In this document: positions 8,795 through 18,900 of the stretch, piece after piece
Numbering within the stretch: the stretch's first letter is position 1
Layout of the letters: the number at the start of each line of letters is the position of its first letter
DNA from: a virus
Lineage: Duplodnaviria > Caudoviricetes
Virus record (IMG/VR): IMGVR_UViG_3300032074_000019
Span: 1-36,800 of that record
Reading direction: 5' to 3' (one strand)
Length of the DNA stretch: 36,800 bases
Notes under the pieces: model-generated
The model's database searches: none
Told to the model about the DNA's origin: nothing
The model's input: the letters and a program-made list of their open reading frames with translations, nothing else
Program-made: the position numbers and the translations under genes

Positions 8795-9097
8795 GTGGGC
8801 GTGCCCTGGATCCTCGACACCCCGGAACTGGAGGAGGCGTTCCGCCGGGACTGGAGCGTGTACCGCCTGACCCTGCGGGAGATGGCGGCCATGTACGGCT
8901 TCCGGAACGTGAACAGCGTCACCCGCGCGGCCCGGCGCCTGGGCCTGGAGAAGCGGCCCGGCGGGCGCCTGGGCCGGACCGAGGCGGCCCTGACCGGCGG
9001 CCGGTGGGTCCTGGACCCGGCCCGCCGCGTGCAGGTCTGGCAGGAGGGCCACTGGGTGCAGGCCCCGGACGGCGCCCTGCTGTGGGAGGCCGCGTGA
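8795..9097 (+). CDS. HTH-like DNA-binding protein
   Basis: LTLREMAAMYGFRNVNSVTRAARRLGL HTH pattern; GGAGG RBS. Confidence 0.6.
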   Translation: MGVPWILDTPELEEAFRRDWSVYRLTLREMAAMYGFRNVNSVTRAARRLGLEKRPGGRLGRTEAALTGGRWVLDPARRVQVWQEGHWVQAPDGALLWEAA

Positions 9098-9198
9098 GGC
9101 CGGACGAGGGCTGGGTCGCGCCGAGCGAGGCGGTCTTCAGCCTGGGCCTGGACCTGGAGATCGAGCGCCTGCTGGACGAGGAGGACGGCCGTGGCTGA
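9094..9198 (+). CDS. small acidic hypothetical protein
   Basis: GTGA overlap; 34 aa; overlaps TerL start by 8 nt. Confidence 0.4.
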   Translation: MRPDEGWVAPSEAVFSLGLDLEIERLLDEEDGRG

Positions 9199-10885
9199 GT
9201 CCTGGATCGACCTGCTGGAGGCCGAGGTCCTGGAGCAGACCGGCGGCCGGGCGACCTGGCCGAGCCCGGCCGACCTCGCCGTCGCGCTGGACCCGGCGTA
9301 CCGGATCCGGGCGCACCTGGCGCACCTGTCCGCCCGGCTGGCGCAGGCCGTCACGGACGTGGAGAACGGCAAGAGCCGCTACCTCCTGGTCTCGATGCCG
9401 CCCCGGCTCGGCAAGAGCCACCTGGCCAGCACGTTCTTCCCCGCCTGGTGCCTGCACAAGCACCCGGACTGGCCGATCATGCTGCTCAGCCACGCGCCCG
9501 ACCTGGCGTCCGGCTGGGGCCGCCAGGTCCGCCGCCTGGTGGAGGAGAACCCCGTGCTGGGGCTGGGGATCGCGGCCGACGCGGGCGCCGTGACGGACTG
9601 GCAGGTCGTCCGGGACGGGGACGCGGACGGCGGCGGCGTGCTGAGCAAGAGCATCCGGCAGAGCGTCACCGGCCGCGGCGCGAAGGTGATGATCCTCGAC
9701 GACGTGGTGAAGGACTTCGCGGACGCGCACAGCGAGAAGAGCCGCGAGTTCGTGTGGAACTGGTGGACGGCGAACAGCCGGACCCGGCTGCACCCGCCGA
9801 GCCTCGTTGTGGTGATCGGCACCCGATGGCACGAGGACGACATCATCGGCCGGATGCGCAGCCCGGAGTACGAGGGCGACCCGGACCTGTGGGAGGTGAT
9901 CTCCTTCCCGGCCCTCGCCGAGGACCCGGCGGCCGTCGACCCGGTCACCCGGCGGCCGTTCGGCCCGGACCCCCTGGGCCGCAAGGAGGGCGAGCCCCTG
10001 CTCAGCCCGATCGTGGACGAGACGCCGGAGGAGGCCCTGGCCCGCTGGGCGGACATCAAGCGGAGCGTCGGCTCGTACGCCTGGGCGGCCCTGTTCCAGC
10101 AGTCGCCCTCTCCGGCCAAGGGCGGCATCTTCGACAACGACTGGTGGAAGTTCTGGCGGCCCGGGGACTGGGACGACCCGGAGACGTTCTTCGACCGGCG
10201 CCTGACCACCTGGGACTGCGCCTTCAAGGGCACCAACGACAGCGACTTCGTCGTGATCCAGGAGTGGGGCTGCCGGGGCGCGGACCGGTACCTGCTGCGG
10301 CAGGTCCGGCGGCGGATGACCTTCACGGAGACGCTGGCCGCGGGCAAGGACTTCGTGCTCGGGCCGGTGCTCCGGTACCTGGAGGACGGCGAGGCCCCGC
10401 TGGAGGACGAGACGGTCTACAACGAGACCGTCTCCGGCGTGACGATGCGCGCGGCCCGCGGCCCGCACAGCGGCGTGCACGAGCACGCGGTCGAGGACAA
10501 GGCGAACGGGACCGCCGTCCTGGACGTGCTGCGGTCCGAGGTCCCGGGCATGGTGCCGTGGAGCCCGGGCCAGGACTCCAAGGAGGCCCGGGCCCGGGCC
10601 GCGTCCCCGCAGGTCGAGGCGGGCAACGTGTACCTGCCCGCCCTGGCGGACTGGCTGCCGGACTACCTGAGCGAGATGAAGGCGTTCCCGAACGCCACGC
10701 ACGACGACCAGGTGGACGCGACCGTCATGGCCCTGCTGCGGGCCCGCGGCGGCGGCGGCGTCACGACCCTGGTGCCCACCGGGCAGGTCACCCGCGGCTT
10801 CCAGCGCGGCGGCCTGAGCGCCGTCCGGCCCGGCGTCCGCGCCCCCGCGCGGACCGGCTTCGGCGGCACCCGGCGGCGGGTCTGA
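9191..10885 (+). CDS. terL: terminase large subunit
   Basis: MPPRLGKS Walker A, MILDD Walker B, IGTRWHEDD, TWDCAFKG and HDDQVDA nuclease motifs. Confidence 0.95.
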   Translation: MAESWIDLLEAEVLEQTGGRATWPSPADLAVALDPAYRIRAHLAHLSARLAQAVTDVENGKSRYLLVSMPPRLGKSHLASTFFPAWCLHKHPDWPIMLLSHAPDLASGWGRQVRRLVEENPVLGLGIAADAGAVTDWQVVRDGDADGGGVLSKSIRQSVTGRGAKVMILDDVVKDFADAHSEKSREFVWNWWTANSRTRLHPPSLVVVIGTRWHEDDIIGRMRSPEYEGDPDLWEVISFPALAEDPAAVDPVTRRPFGPDPLGRKEGEPLLSPIVDETPEEALARWADIKRSVGSYAWAALFQQSPSPAKGGIFDNDWWKFWRPGDWDDPETFFDRRLTTWDCAFKGTNDSDFVVIQEWGCRGADRYLLRQVRRRMTFTETLAAGKDFVLGPVLRYLEDGEAPLEDETVYNETVSGVTMRAARGPHSGVHEHAVEDKANGTAVLDVLRSEVPGMVPWSPGQDSKEARARAASPQVEAGNVYLPALADWLPDYLSEMKAFPNATHDDQVDATVMALLRARGGGGVTTLVPTGQVTRGFQRGGLSAVRPGVRAPARTGFGGTRRRV

Positions 10886-10886
10886 C

Positions 10887-11264
10887 GTGCTCGGCGTCCT
10901 GCTCGCCCACCTCGTCGGCGACTACCTGCTCCAGACGCACCACCAGGCAACGGAGAAGACCCGGCGCTGGGGCCCGGCCCTGGCGCACGGCGCGACGTAC
11001 ACCCTGGCCTACCTGCCGGTCACGCGGAGCCCCCTTGCCCTGCTGGTGATCGGCGGCACGCACGTCGTCATCGACCGGTTTCGCCTCGCCCGCTTCGTGG
11101 TCTGGGCGAAGAACCAGGCGGCCCCGGCCGCGTACCGGCCGCCGCTGTCCAGCCCGACCGGCTACCCCGCCAGCACGCCGGACTGGCTGGCGGTCTGGCT
11201 GCTCATCGCCGCGGACAACACGCTGCACCTGCTGATCAACGCCGCGGCCGTCGCCCTGCTTTGA
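10887..11264 (+). CDS. DUF3307-family membrane protein
   Basis: LLAHLVGDYLLQT...H...HVVIDR...ADNTLH motifs with hydrophobic helices. Confidence 0.8.
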   Translation: MLGVLLAHLVGDYLLQTHHQATEKTRRWGPALAHGATYTLAYLPVTRSPLALLVIGGTHVVIDRFRLARFVVWAKNQAAPAAYRPPLSSPTGYPASTPDWLAVWLLIAADNTLHLLINAAAVALL

Positions 11265-11291
11265 CCGGTTTGCTACGTTCCGTGGTAGAAT
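11261..11291 (+). promoter_or_regulatory. phage promoter motif copy (TTGACC-N19-TGGTAGAAT)
   Basis: consensus match with extended -10 TG; upstream of secreted protein gene. Confidence 0.7.
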
Positions 11292-11321
11292 GGAGTAACC
11301 GACCCTTGAAGGGGGATTTTG

Positions 11322-11816
11322 ATGCGTAGAACCATCTTCGCGCCGATCGTTGCTTTCCTGACCATCTTCGCCGTCCTGTTCGCGGCCTCGCCCGCGATGG
11401 CCTCGTACACCACCACGCCGCGGACCTTCACGTACGCCGACGTGGCGACCGAGGTCCAGTTCAACTTCCGGACCCAGGACGACGGGACCGGCGTCCGCGT
11501 CGAGTACTTCTGGCTGTTCACCAACCGGGGCTGCGACTCCCTGGAGGCCAGCGGCGGCAAGTACGACCCCGTCAAGGTCGAGATGTGGAACAGCGCGGGC
11601 ACCGCCGTCCTGGACACCGTGAACTTCGGCCCGGACGGCTGCCAGAACTACCACGACATGGAACTCCCGGGGCCGGACACCGGGTGCATCCAGATCCACG
11701 TGACGCTGAAGGCGCGGATCAACAACATGCACGACCGCTGGCTCTACGTGGGCTACAAGTTCTGCCCGAACCCGGAGCGGAGCGACTTCCTCTACATGGA
11801 GCAGGTCGAGGCCTGA
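11322..11816 (+). CDS. secreted protein with Sec signal peptide (moron-like)
   Basis: MRRTIFAPIVAFLTIFAVLFAASPAMA signal peptide; beta-rich mature part with 4 Cys; own promoter and terminator. Confidence 0.8.
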   Translation: MRRTIFAPIVAFLTIFAVLFAASPAMASYTTTPRTFTYADVATEVQFNFRTQDDGTGVRVEYFWLFTNRGCDSLEASGGKYDPVKVEMWNSAGTAVLDTVNFGPDGCQNYHDMELPGPDTGCIQIHVTLKARINNMHDRWLYVGYKFCPNPERSDFLYMEQVEA

Positions 11817-11835
11817 GCCCTCGCCGCACCGCACG

Positions 11836-11864
11836 AGGCCCCCGGGACACCCCGGGGGCCTTTT
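11836..11864 (+). terminator. rho-independent terminator
   Basis: AGGCCCCCGGG-ACAC-CCCGGGGGCCT stem followed by TTT. Confidence 0.85.
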
Positions 11865-11871
11865 GCGTGGC

Positions 11872-11902
11872 TCGACCAAGTTCTCCCTGCTCCAGGTAGA
11901 AT
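11872..11902 (+). promoter_or_regulatory. phage promoter motif copy (TCGACC-N19-TAGAAT)
   Basis: consensus match right after terminator, upstream of portal. Confidence 0.65.
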
Positions 11903-11936
11903 GGGAGGGTAGCCGCCCCCCGCCCGTAGGAGCAGC

Positions 11937-13574
11937 ATGGCCTCGTGGTTCCAGCGCCGCACGCCGCCCGTGACGGGCGCGGCGGTGTCCGCCTTCCGCT
12001 ACGGCGGCCCGACCTCGGATGCGTCCTCGGGCTCGACCTCGATCACGGCCGCGGCGAGCCGCGTGACGAGCAAGAAGGTCAAGCGGGGCAGGGAGGTCTC
12101 GGACTCCTGGCAGCACGAGGCGTGGGCCATGTACGACGCGGTCGGCGAACTCCGGTACGTCGCGAACGCGATCGCGGGCCGCTGCGGGCAGGCCGGGGTC
12201 TTCGTCGAGAAGGGCGGCGAGCGGCAGGACAAGCCGGAGAACGACCCGATCCTCGCGCTGATCACGCCGCAGATGGTCGAGCGCCTCGCCCTGAACATCT
12301 TCGTGGCGGGCGGCGGGTACCTGGCGGGCCTCCCCAAGGAGGAGAGCGAGCCGGACCCGAGCCCGGACCACCTGGCCCCCGAGGGCGGCACCGAGAGCGC
12401 CGCCGCGGAGTGGCTGATCCTCAGCGCGGTCGAGGTCACCAAGAGCCGGAACGGCAAGAAGGTCTCGATCCGCGGCCGGGAGTACGTCCTCGACGACATC
12501 TACCTGGAGAAGATCTGGGACCCGCACCCGGCGCACTGGGAGGAGGCGGACAGCCCCGTCCGCAGCGCCCTGCCGGTGCTCCGCGAGTTGGTCGGCCTGA
12601 CGCAGCACGTGAGCGCGCAGATCGACAGCCGCCTGGCGGGCGCGGGCGTGTACTGGATCCCGAACACGATCCTGCAGAGCGCCAAGGTCCCGGACCAGGG
12701 CGAGGGCCAGACCACGTTCAGCGACAACGCCGTCCTCAACGCGATCATGAACGCGATGCTGGTCCCGCTGGAGGACCGCAGCAACGCGGCGGCCGTCGTG
12801 CCCGCGCTGTTCGGCGCCCCGGACGACGCGATCAGCAAGATCCGCTTCGACACCTTCGCGACGCCGTTCGACGAGAACACCAAGGACCTCCGCGAGGAGG
12901 CCATCCGCCGCCTGGGCCTGGCCCTGGACGCGCCGCCGGAACTCCTGCAGGGCATGGGCGACGCGAACCACTGGGGCATGTGGCTGGTCCGCGACGAGGT
13001 CGTGCAGGCGCACGTCAAGCCCCGCCTGGAACTCATCTGGGACGCCCTGACCACCGCGTTCTACCGGCCGATCCTCCGGCAGTTGCAGGGAAAGGCCGTG
13101 CCGGGCACGCCGGAGGGCGACCCGGACACCTTCACCCTCAAGCCAGACGTGGGCGAACTCGTGCAGCGGCCGAACCGGCTGGCCGACGCGAGCCAACTGC
13201 ACGCCGTGCAGGCGGTCGGCGACAAGGCCCTCCGGACCGCGGGCGGCTTCGAGGAGAGCGACGCGCCGAGCAGCAAGGAGCGGGCGATCGCGGTCGCGCT
13301 CCAGGTGGCCACGCAGAACCCGCAACTCCTCGACAACATGACCGAGATCGTCAGCACCGTCATGGCCCTGCTGGACGGCACGCCGGAGACCGGCCCGGGC
13401 GACCTGAGCAGCGCCCGCAGGCCCGGCACCCTGGACCCCCTGGAGCCCGAGAACCGGGGCCAGGCCCCGTCCCCACGGCTGGCCCCCAACGGCACCCCGA
13501 CGCCCGGCGGGGCGGCCCCCGCGCCGATCACCGACACCGAAGGGGTCCCCGCCAGTGGCAACCCAGTCGCCTGA
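11937..13574 (+). CDS. portal protein
   Basis: WQHEAWAMYDAVGELRYVAN, WDPHP...ADSPVRSALPVLREL...SRLAGAG, AIRRLGLALDAPPELLQG..NHW motifs of actinophage portals; follows TerL. Confidence 0.85.
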   Translation: MASWFQRRTPPVTGAAVSAFRYGGPTSDASSGSTSITAAASRVTSKKVKRGREVSDSWQHEAWAMYDAVGELRYVANAIAGRCGQAGVFVEKGGERQDKPENDPILALITPQMVERLALNIFVAGGGYLAGLPKEESEPDPSPDHLAPEGGTESAAAEWLILSAVEVTKSRNGKKVSIRGREYVLDDIYLEKIWDPHPAHWEEADSPVRSALPVLRELVGLTQHVSAQIDSRLAGAGVYWIPNTILQSAKVPDQGEGQTTFSDNAVLNAIMNAMLVPLEDRSNAAAVVPALFGAPDDAISKIRFDTFATPFDENTKDLREEAIRRLGLALDAPPELLQGMGDANHWGMWLVRDEVVQAHVKPRLELIWDALTTAFYRPILRQLQGKAVPGTPEGDPDTFTLKPDVGELVQRPNRLADASQLHAVQAVGDKALRTAGGFEESDAPSSKERAIAVALQVATQNPQLLDNMTEIVSTVMALLDGTPETGPGDLSSARRPGTLDPLEPENRGQAPSPRLAPNGTPTPGGAAPAPITDTEGVPASGNPVA

Positions 13575-13929
13575 CCTCCGAGTGCTCGCGGCGGCCTGCG
13601 ACATGGCCGTGATGCGCGCCCTCGAACTCATCGGCAAGCGCGTGGCGAGGGACGGCCGGGCGCGCTTCGGCGCGATGCAGAAGTCCGGCAAGGAGTGGCA
13701 CGAGGCGCACACCATCTGGCGCCCGGAGCCGCACCACGTCGAGGCCGCCCTCTCCGGCGCCTGGGCCGTCCTGCCCCGGCTCGTGAACGAGCACGGGTGC
13801 TGCAGCCTGGTCGAGCCCGGCCTGCAGAGCCTCCTCGACGCCTATGTCCGGGAGGTCGTGTTCTCCGGCCGCCCGCACGCCTTCGAGGACCTGGAAGCGA
13901 GGCTGGCCCGTGCGGCGGCCGAGGGGTAG
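13555..13929 (+). CDS. hypothetical protein (portal-adjacent)
   Basis: 124-aa ORF, ACDMAVMRALELIGKR helix, overlaps portal end. Confidence 0.7.
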   Translation: MATQSPDLRVLAAACDMAVMRALELIGKRVARDGRARFGAMQKSGKEWHEAHTIWRPEPHHVEAALSGAWAVLPRLVNEHGCCSLVEPGLQSLLDAYVREVVFSGRPHAFEDLEARLARAAAEG

Positions 13930-14116
13930 CGCGTACCGCGGCCTCGTCGGCCGCACCGCCCGGCGCCGCTGCCCGCACTCCGACCTGACCGGCATCTACG
14001 GCGACGAGATCATCGCCGCGGCCTGGTACCGCCTGTTCTGCCGCGGCTGTCGCCGGTTCATCGACGGCCCGGTCTCCCTGGCCCAAAGCAGGGAGCGTGA
14101 GCGTGGACTCGCGTGA
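13910..14116 (+). CDS. small zinc-ribbon-like protein
   Basis: RCPHSDLTGIYGDEI...LFCRGCRRFIDGP; fills gap between neighbours; start uncertain. Confidence 0.55.
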   Translation: MRRPRGSAYRGLVGRTARRRCPHSDLTGIYGDEIIAAAWYRLFCRGCRRFIDGPVSLAQSRERERGLA

Positions 14117-15965
14117 CGCGGCGGAGGAGGCCCTGGCCGCCGTCGTCGCCGCGGAGACGCGCTCGTTCCTGCGCCAGGTGCTGGACGCCGTCGTGGCCGC
14201 GATCAAGAGCGGGCGGCACGACGCCGCGCAGCCGGTGCTGGCCCTGGGCGTCATGCTGGGCTGGTGGACGGACGCCGTGCAGGAGCGCGTGGTCGCGTCG
14301 ATCCAGACCGCCTGGCAGGCGTCCTTCGGCGTGACGGCCAAGGACAAGGCCCTCCTCGACGCGCGCAGCGACGCGATGGCCTTCCACATCACGGCCGTCA
14401 AGGACCGGCTCTCCCGGTCCGCGCTGCCGGAGATCCCGGAGGCCGCGTTCGACGAGGTCCGGCTCAGCCAGAGCGCCGCGGCCCTCGGCGGCTGGCCGAT
14501 CGACAAGCAGGCCCGGGACATCGCCGAGCGCCTGGCCTGGGAGCCGGACAAGGCGTACTGGAAGCAGGTCAAGGCCGAGGCCGAGGCCAACATCGACAAG
14601 ATCCTCGACCCGCTGGGGAAGCCCGGCACCGCGGCCCGGACGCACGCGCACAAGCACGACCCCGAGGTCAAGATGTGGCAGGACGTGCGGGCGGGCGCCG
14701 TCGACAAGATCCGCGAGGACGAGGGCGACTGGCAGGTCCGCGCGACGCGGATCGCCCGCACCGAGGCGACCGCCGCGTGGAACAGCGGCTCCCTGGCCGC
14801 GCTGGCGGCCGAGGGCCGGACGCACAAGAAGTGGCTGGCCACCAAGGACGAGCGGACCCGCGAGGACCACAAGGTCGCGGACGGCCAGGTCGTCCCGCTG
14901 GGCCGCCCGTTCCGGGTCGGCAAGAGCCTGCTGATGATGCCCGGCGACCCGGCCGCCCCGCCGTGGGAGACGGTCAACTGCCGCTGCACCGTGCTCGGCG
15001 CGGACGAGCCCCCGAAGAAGGCGATCACCGCCTCGGCGAAGGGCGCCAAGGACCAGGCCCGGGTGCCGCGCGGCAACGGCCCGGTCTCCGGCCGCTGGCT
15101 GGACATGCCCGGCACCGTGCTCGCCTCCCTTGTCGAGGAGCCGGACGACGGCTACGTGCCCGACCTCGTCCTGGCCTCGCCCGCGGACCGGCGGACGTTC
15201 AAGGAGATACACAACAAGGCGATCCCGCCGTCGTGGACCGACGTGGAGGTCGACCTGAACCCGCAGGCGTCCCTGGTGGCCCGGGGCAAGGACAAGGCGG
15301 GCCGGACCGTCCGCCTGTACAGCCAGGCGCACCAGGACCGGCAGGCGGCCAAGAAGTTCGAGCGCCTGCAGGAGGTGCACGCCGCCCTGCCGAAGATCGA
15401 GGCGAGCCTGGCCACCGTGGACGGCGACCCGACCAAGGCGGTCGCGCGGCTGATGTACCTAGAGGGGATCCGGGTCGGCAGCACAGACGACCAACTGGGT
15501 AAGGTGAAGGCGTACGGCGCCAGCACCCTCCGCGCCCAGCACGCCAGCGTCAACGAGGACGGCACCGTGCGGCTGGCCTTCGTCGCCAAGGAGGGCATCC
15601 CCGTCGAGTACCAGATCGACGACCCGGAGTTGGTAGCCCACGTCGGCAAGCGGCTCGCCGAGGACCCGGCGCCGGACGAGCCCCTGTTCCCGGGCGCGAG
15701 CGCGGCCAAGACGATGCGCCTGCTCCGGCGGGCCAGCGGCGTGGCGGGCATCAAGAACCACGACCTCCGGACCCTGCTGGCGAACCGGCTCGCGGCGGCG
15801 GCCCTGCACGACGAGACGCCGCCCCCGCCGCGGACGCCCAAGGAGATGCAGGCGCTCCGCAAGCGGGTCGGCGAGGTCGTGAGCGCACAACTCCGCAACA
15901 AGCCCGCGCAGGCGCTGTCCTCGTACATCAACCCCGCGATCTTCGCGGCGATCCGGGAGGCGTGA
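14097..15965 (+). CDS. MuF-like minor head protein fused to type IB DNA topoisomerase
   Basis: MuF: RIARTE...KKWLATKDERTREDH..ADGQ...PGDP...NCRC; TopIB: IPPSWTDV, GKDKAGR..Y, IRVG, FVAKEG, HDLRT, LRNKP, SSYINP. Confidence 0.85.
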   Translation: MSVDSRDAAEEALAAVVAAETRSFLRQVLDAVVAAIKSGRHDAAQPVLALGVMLGWWTDAVQERVVASIQTAWQASFGVTAKDKALLDARSDAMAFHITAVKDRLSRSALPEIPEAAFDEVRLSQSAAALGGWPIDKQARDIAERLAWEPDKAYWKQVKAEAEANIDKILDPLGKPGTAARTHAHKHDPEVKMWQDVRAGAVDKIREDEGDWQVRATRIARTEATAAWNSGSLAALAAEGRTHKKWLATKDERTREDHKVADGQVVPLGRPFRVGKSLLMMPGDPAAPPWETVNCRCTVLGADEPPKKAITASAKGAKDQARVPRGNGPVSGRWLDMPGTVLASLVEEPDDGYVPDLVLASPADRRTFKEIHNKAIPPSWTDVEVDLNPQASLVARGKDKAGRTVRLYSQAHQDRQAAKKFERLQEVHAALPKIEASLATVDGDPTKAVARLMYLEGIRVGSTDDQLGKVKAYGASTLRAQHASVNEDGTVRLAFVAKEGIPVEYQIDDPELVAHVGKRLAEDPAPDEPLFPGASAAKTMRLLRRASGVAGIKNHDLRTLLANRLAAAALHDETPPPPRTPKEMQALRKRVGEVVSAQLRNKPAQALSSYINPAIFAAIREA

Positions 15966-15966
15966 C

Positions 15967-18900
15967 GTGGCGACCACCTTCACCCCCGAGCAGGACGCGG
16001 CCCTGGCCGACCTGCTCGCCACGACCGAGTACGTGGACGCGAGCCCGACCGAGGACACCGACCCGGACAACGGCCTGCCCGCGCTCGCGGAGCGGCTGGC
16101 GGGCATCGGCCCGTGGGACCCCGGCTTCGAGGACGCCGTCGACGAGGCGATCGCGGCCGTCCGCGCCAACCTGGACGGCGAGGTCCGGGACGACACCGTG
16201 AACGCCCTGCAGGCGCTGCTCCTGGTGAACTGGGGCCTGCCGCCGGAGGAGGCCGCCGTGACGGCCAGCGCGGCGGGCCAGCACTGGAAGGACGAACTCC
16301 GCATCCCCAAGGGGAACGGCGACCACTCCGGCCAGTGGACGTTCACGCCCTGGAAGTGGATGGACACGCTGCAGGCCGAGGCCGAGAAGGTCGGCAAGGT
16401 CATCGGCGTCGACGACATCGAGGAGTACAACGCGAAGGTCCGCGCCAAGTTGGACGTGGCCCGGACCGTGCTGAACGCCCTCGACAAGGACGAGGCCAGC
16501 ACGCACCCCGGCGACCCGATCGTGACGACCTCCTCCGCGGTCGCGGGGCAGTTGTTCCTGGACGCCGCGGTCGCCGCGAACGACATGGGCCTGCCCAGCA
16601 AGAACCTGGAGGAGGCCGCCAAGAGCACCCTCGCGTTCGGCAAGTACGACTGGACGCTGTTCGACGAGAGCAGCGACATCGGCGCCAACGACCCGGACGA
16701 GGACTTCGGCGAACTCCTGACCGAGGACACCGACATCGGCGCGGGCGACATCCCCGACAACCACCAGGACGACACGCCGGTTGCCGAGGACGTCAAGAAG
16801 GCCAAGGACCTGAAGCCCGGCGACACCGTCGTCACATACGACGAGGAGGGCAGCCCGTACGCCGTCGTGCTGGACGACGTGCAGCCGGTCGCGGACACCG
16901 CCACCGGCGAGCCGCAGATCGAGGTCACGGACCAGGACGGCGCGTCCTGGAACTACGGCCCCGACGACGAGGTCGAGATCATGGCGGGCGACGACGAGGC
17001 CGAGAACGCCGCCGCGCTGAACGAGGACGTGGGTCCGAGCAAGACGGCCAAGGACCTGAAGCCCGGCGACCAGATCCTCGTCGGCTCGGAGGAGGACGAC
17101 ACCCTGGCCTTCACCGAGGTCTCGGACGTGCAGGTCGGAGCGGACGGCGTCATCGAGGTCACCGACATCGAGGGCCTGACGTACCACTTCGCCCCGGACC
17201 AGGCCGTGTCCGTGGAGCCCGCCGACGACGACCTGGAGGACTGGGAGAAGGCCCTCCTGGCGCCGGACACGTCGGGCGCGGTCCACAAGGACGCCAAGGA
17301 CCTGAAGGTCGGCGACCTGTTCTGGGACGGCGCCGGGCACGAGCAGAGCGTCAAGGAGATCCACCAGAACCACAAGGGCCAGGTCGTCGTCACGGACGGC
17401 AACGGAGCGGAGCACGCGTTCCACCCGGAGTACATGGTGCCGATGAGCCCCGACAGCCCGGCGGCGCTGCCGCCGAAGAAGGCCGGGGACATCGTGGCCG
17501 GGGATACCGTCATGGTGCACGACTTCCCCGTCGAGGTCGCCGAGGTCGCGCTCATCGAGGACCCCTGGGGCGGCAAGCCCTACGTCCAGGTCACGTCGAC
17601 GGGCGAGCAGACGTACGGCTTTGACCCGGACGACGACGTGCCGCTCGTCAAGGCCGCGCCCGAGGCCAAGAACCCCAGCGGCTACGAGGACCCGGAGGAC
17701 GTGCCCGTGGGCACGAGCGTCTGGCTGCACGACGCGGCCTCCGGGGACGAGCCCGAGAAGTACACCAAGGTCGCCGAGAACGCGTGGACCAGCGACGGCC
17801 TCGAAGAGGACGTGGAACTCACGGACGGCGTCATGAGCGGCGGCTGGAACCTCGTCGTCGCGCCGCCGGAGCCCGTGCCCGCCGCGACCCGGGCGGACTT
17901 CCTCGGCGCGGAGTCCTTCACGCCCGCGGAGAAGGCGGCGGTCAAGGCGTACGGGATGCCGCACGGCTACAAGACCGTGAACCCCTACCTGAACAACAAC
18001 GGCCAGGTCTACGACACCTCGATCCCCGGGCTGCGCCCGGCCACGGCGCAGGAGAAGGCGTTCGCGGAGAAGACGATCAAGGACCTGGACTCCGCGTTCG
18101 GGAAGGCCGCCCCGCTGGACCACGAGGTCACCGTCGTCCGGCGCTCCGGCGCCGAGCAGTTCGGCACCGACCCGCTGGCCCCCGGCGACACGTTCACCAA
18201 CGCGGCCTACCTCAGCACGGCCCTGCCCGGCGGCAAGAAGAACGGCTACGGGTACGAGAGCAAGCCGGTCCAGTGGGAGATCACCCTCCCCAAGGGCGCC
18301 AAGGCCCTGCAGGGCAACGCGCACGAGAACGAGATCCTGCTGCCCCGCGGCTCGCGGTTCGTGGTCGAGAGCGACACGACCGACGCGGCCGGGCTGCGGC
18401 ACCTGAAGGTCCGCGTCGTGCTGGAGAAGCCGAAGCCGGTCGGGGACACGGGCGGCTACGCCTCGGCCGCGGACGTGCCGGTCGGCGAGAGCGTGCTCCT
18501 CCTGCCCGTGGAGAGCGGCGGCACGCCGGTCAAGTACACCAAGGTCGGCGACGACGAGTGGTCGAGCGTCGACCCGAAGACCGGCGAAGCCGTCACCGAC
18601 AGCGACGCCGACCTGGCCGGGGCGTGGGACACCCTGTTCACGCAGGAGGAGGGCGCGCCGGTCACGCCCGGCATGGTCGAGGTCGACGTGCCGATCGTCG
18701 GCAAGGAGATCCAGCCCGGCGACACCCTGGACCTCTCGAAGTCCGTCATCCTCAAGAAGAGCGGCGGCAAGTTGGTCCAGTCCACGGGCGTCAACCCGAC
18801 CGTGGCGGAGGTCAAGCACGGCCCGAAGTGGGCGAACGTCGTCACGACGACCGGCCAGAAGTTGTGGGTCCCGACCGACGAGCCGATCACCGCCAAGCGG

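Noticed and set aside
10340-10480. Apparent short insertion in the TerL nuclease domain as an intein or intron
   Set aside because: In frame, only about 35 aa, with no splicing motifs; more likely a variable loop.
15200-15965. Tyrosine integrase interpretation of the MuF C-terminal domain
   Set aside because: HDLR resembles the integrase HxLR motif, but IPPxW, GxDxxGR, IRVG, YGxxTL, FxxKxG and SYI motifs fit TopIB better.
16795-17650. AKDLKPGD repeats as Hint/intein domains
   Set aside because: No N-terminal Cys/Ser block, no TxxH motif and no terminal HN; units are too short and tandemly repeated.
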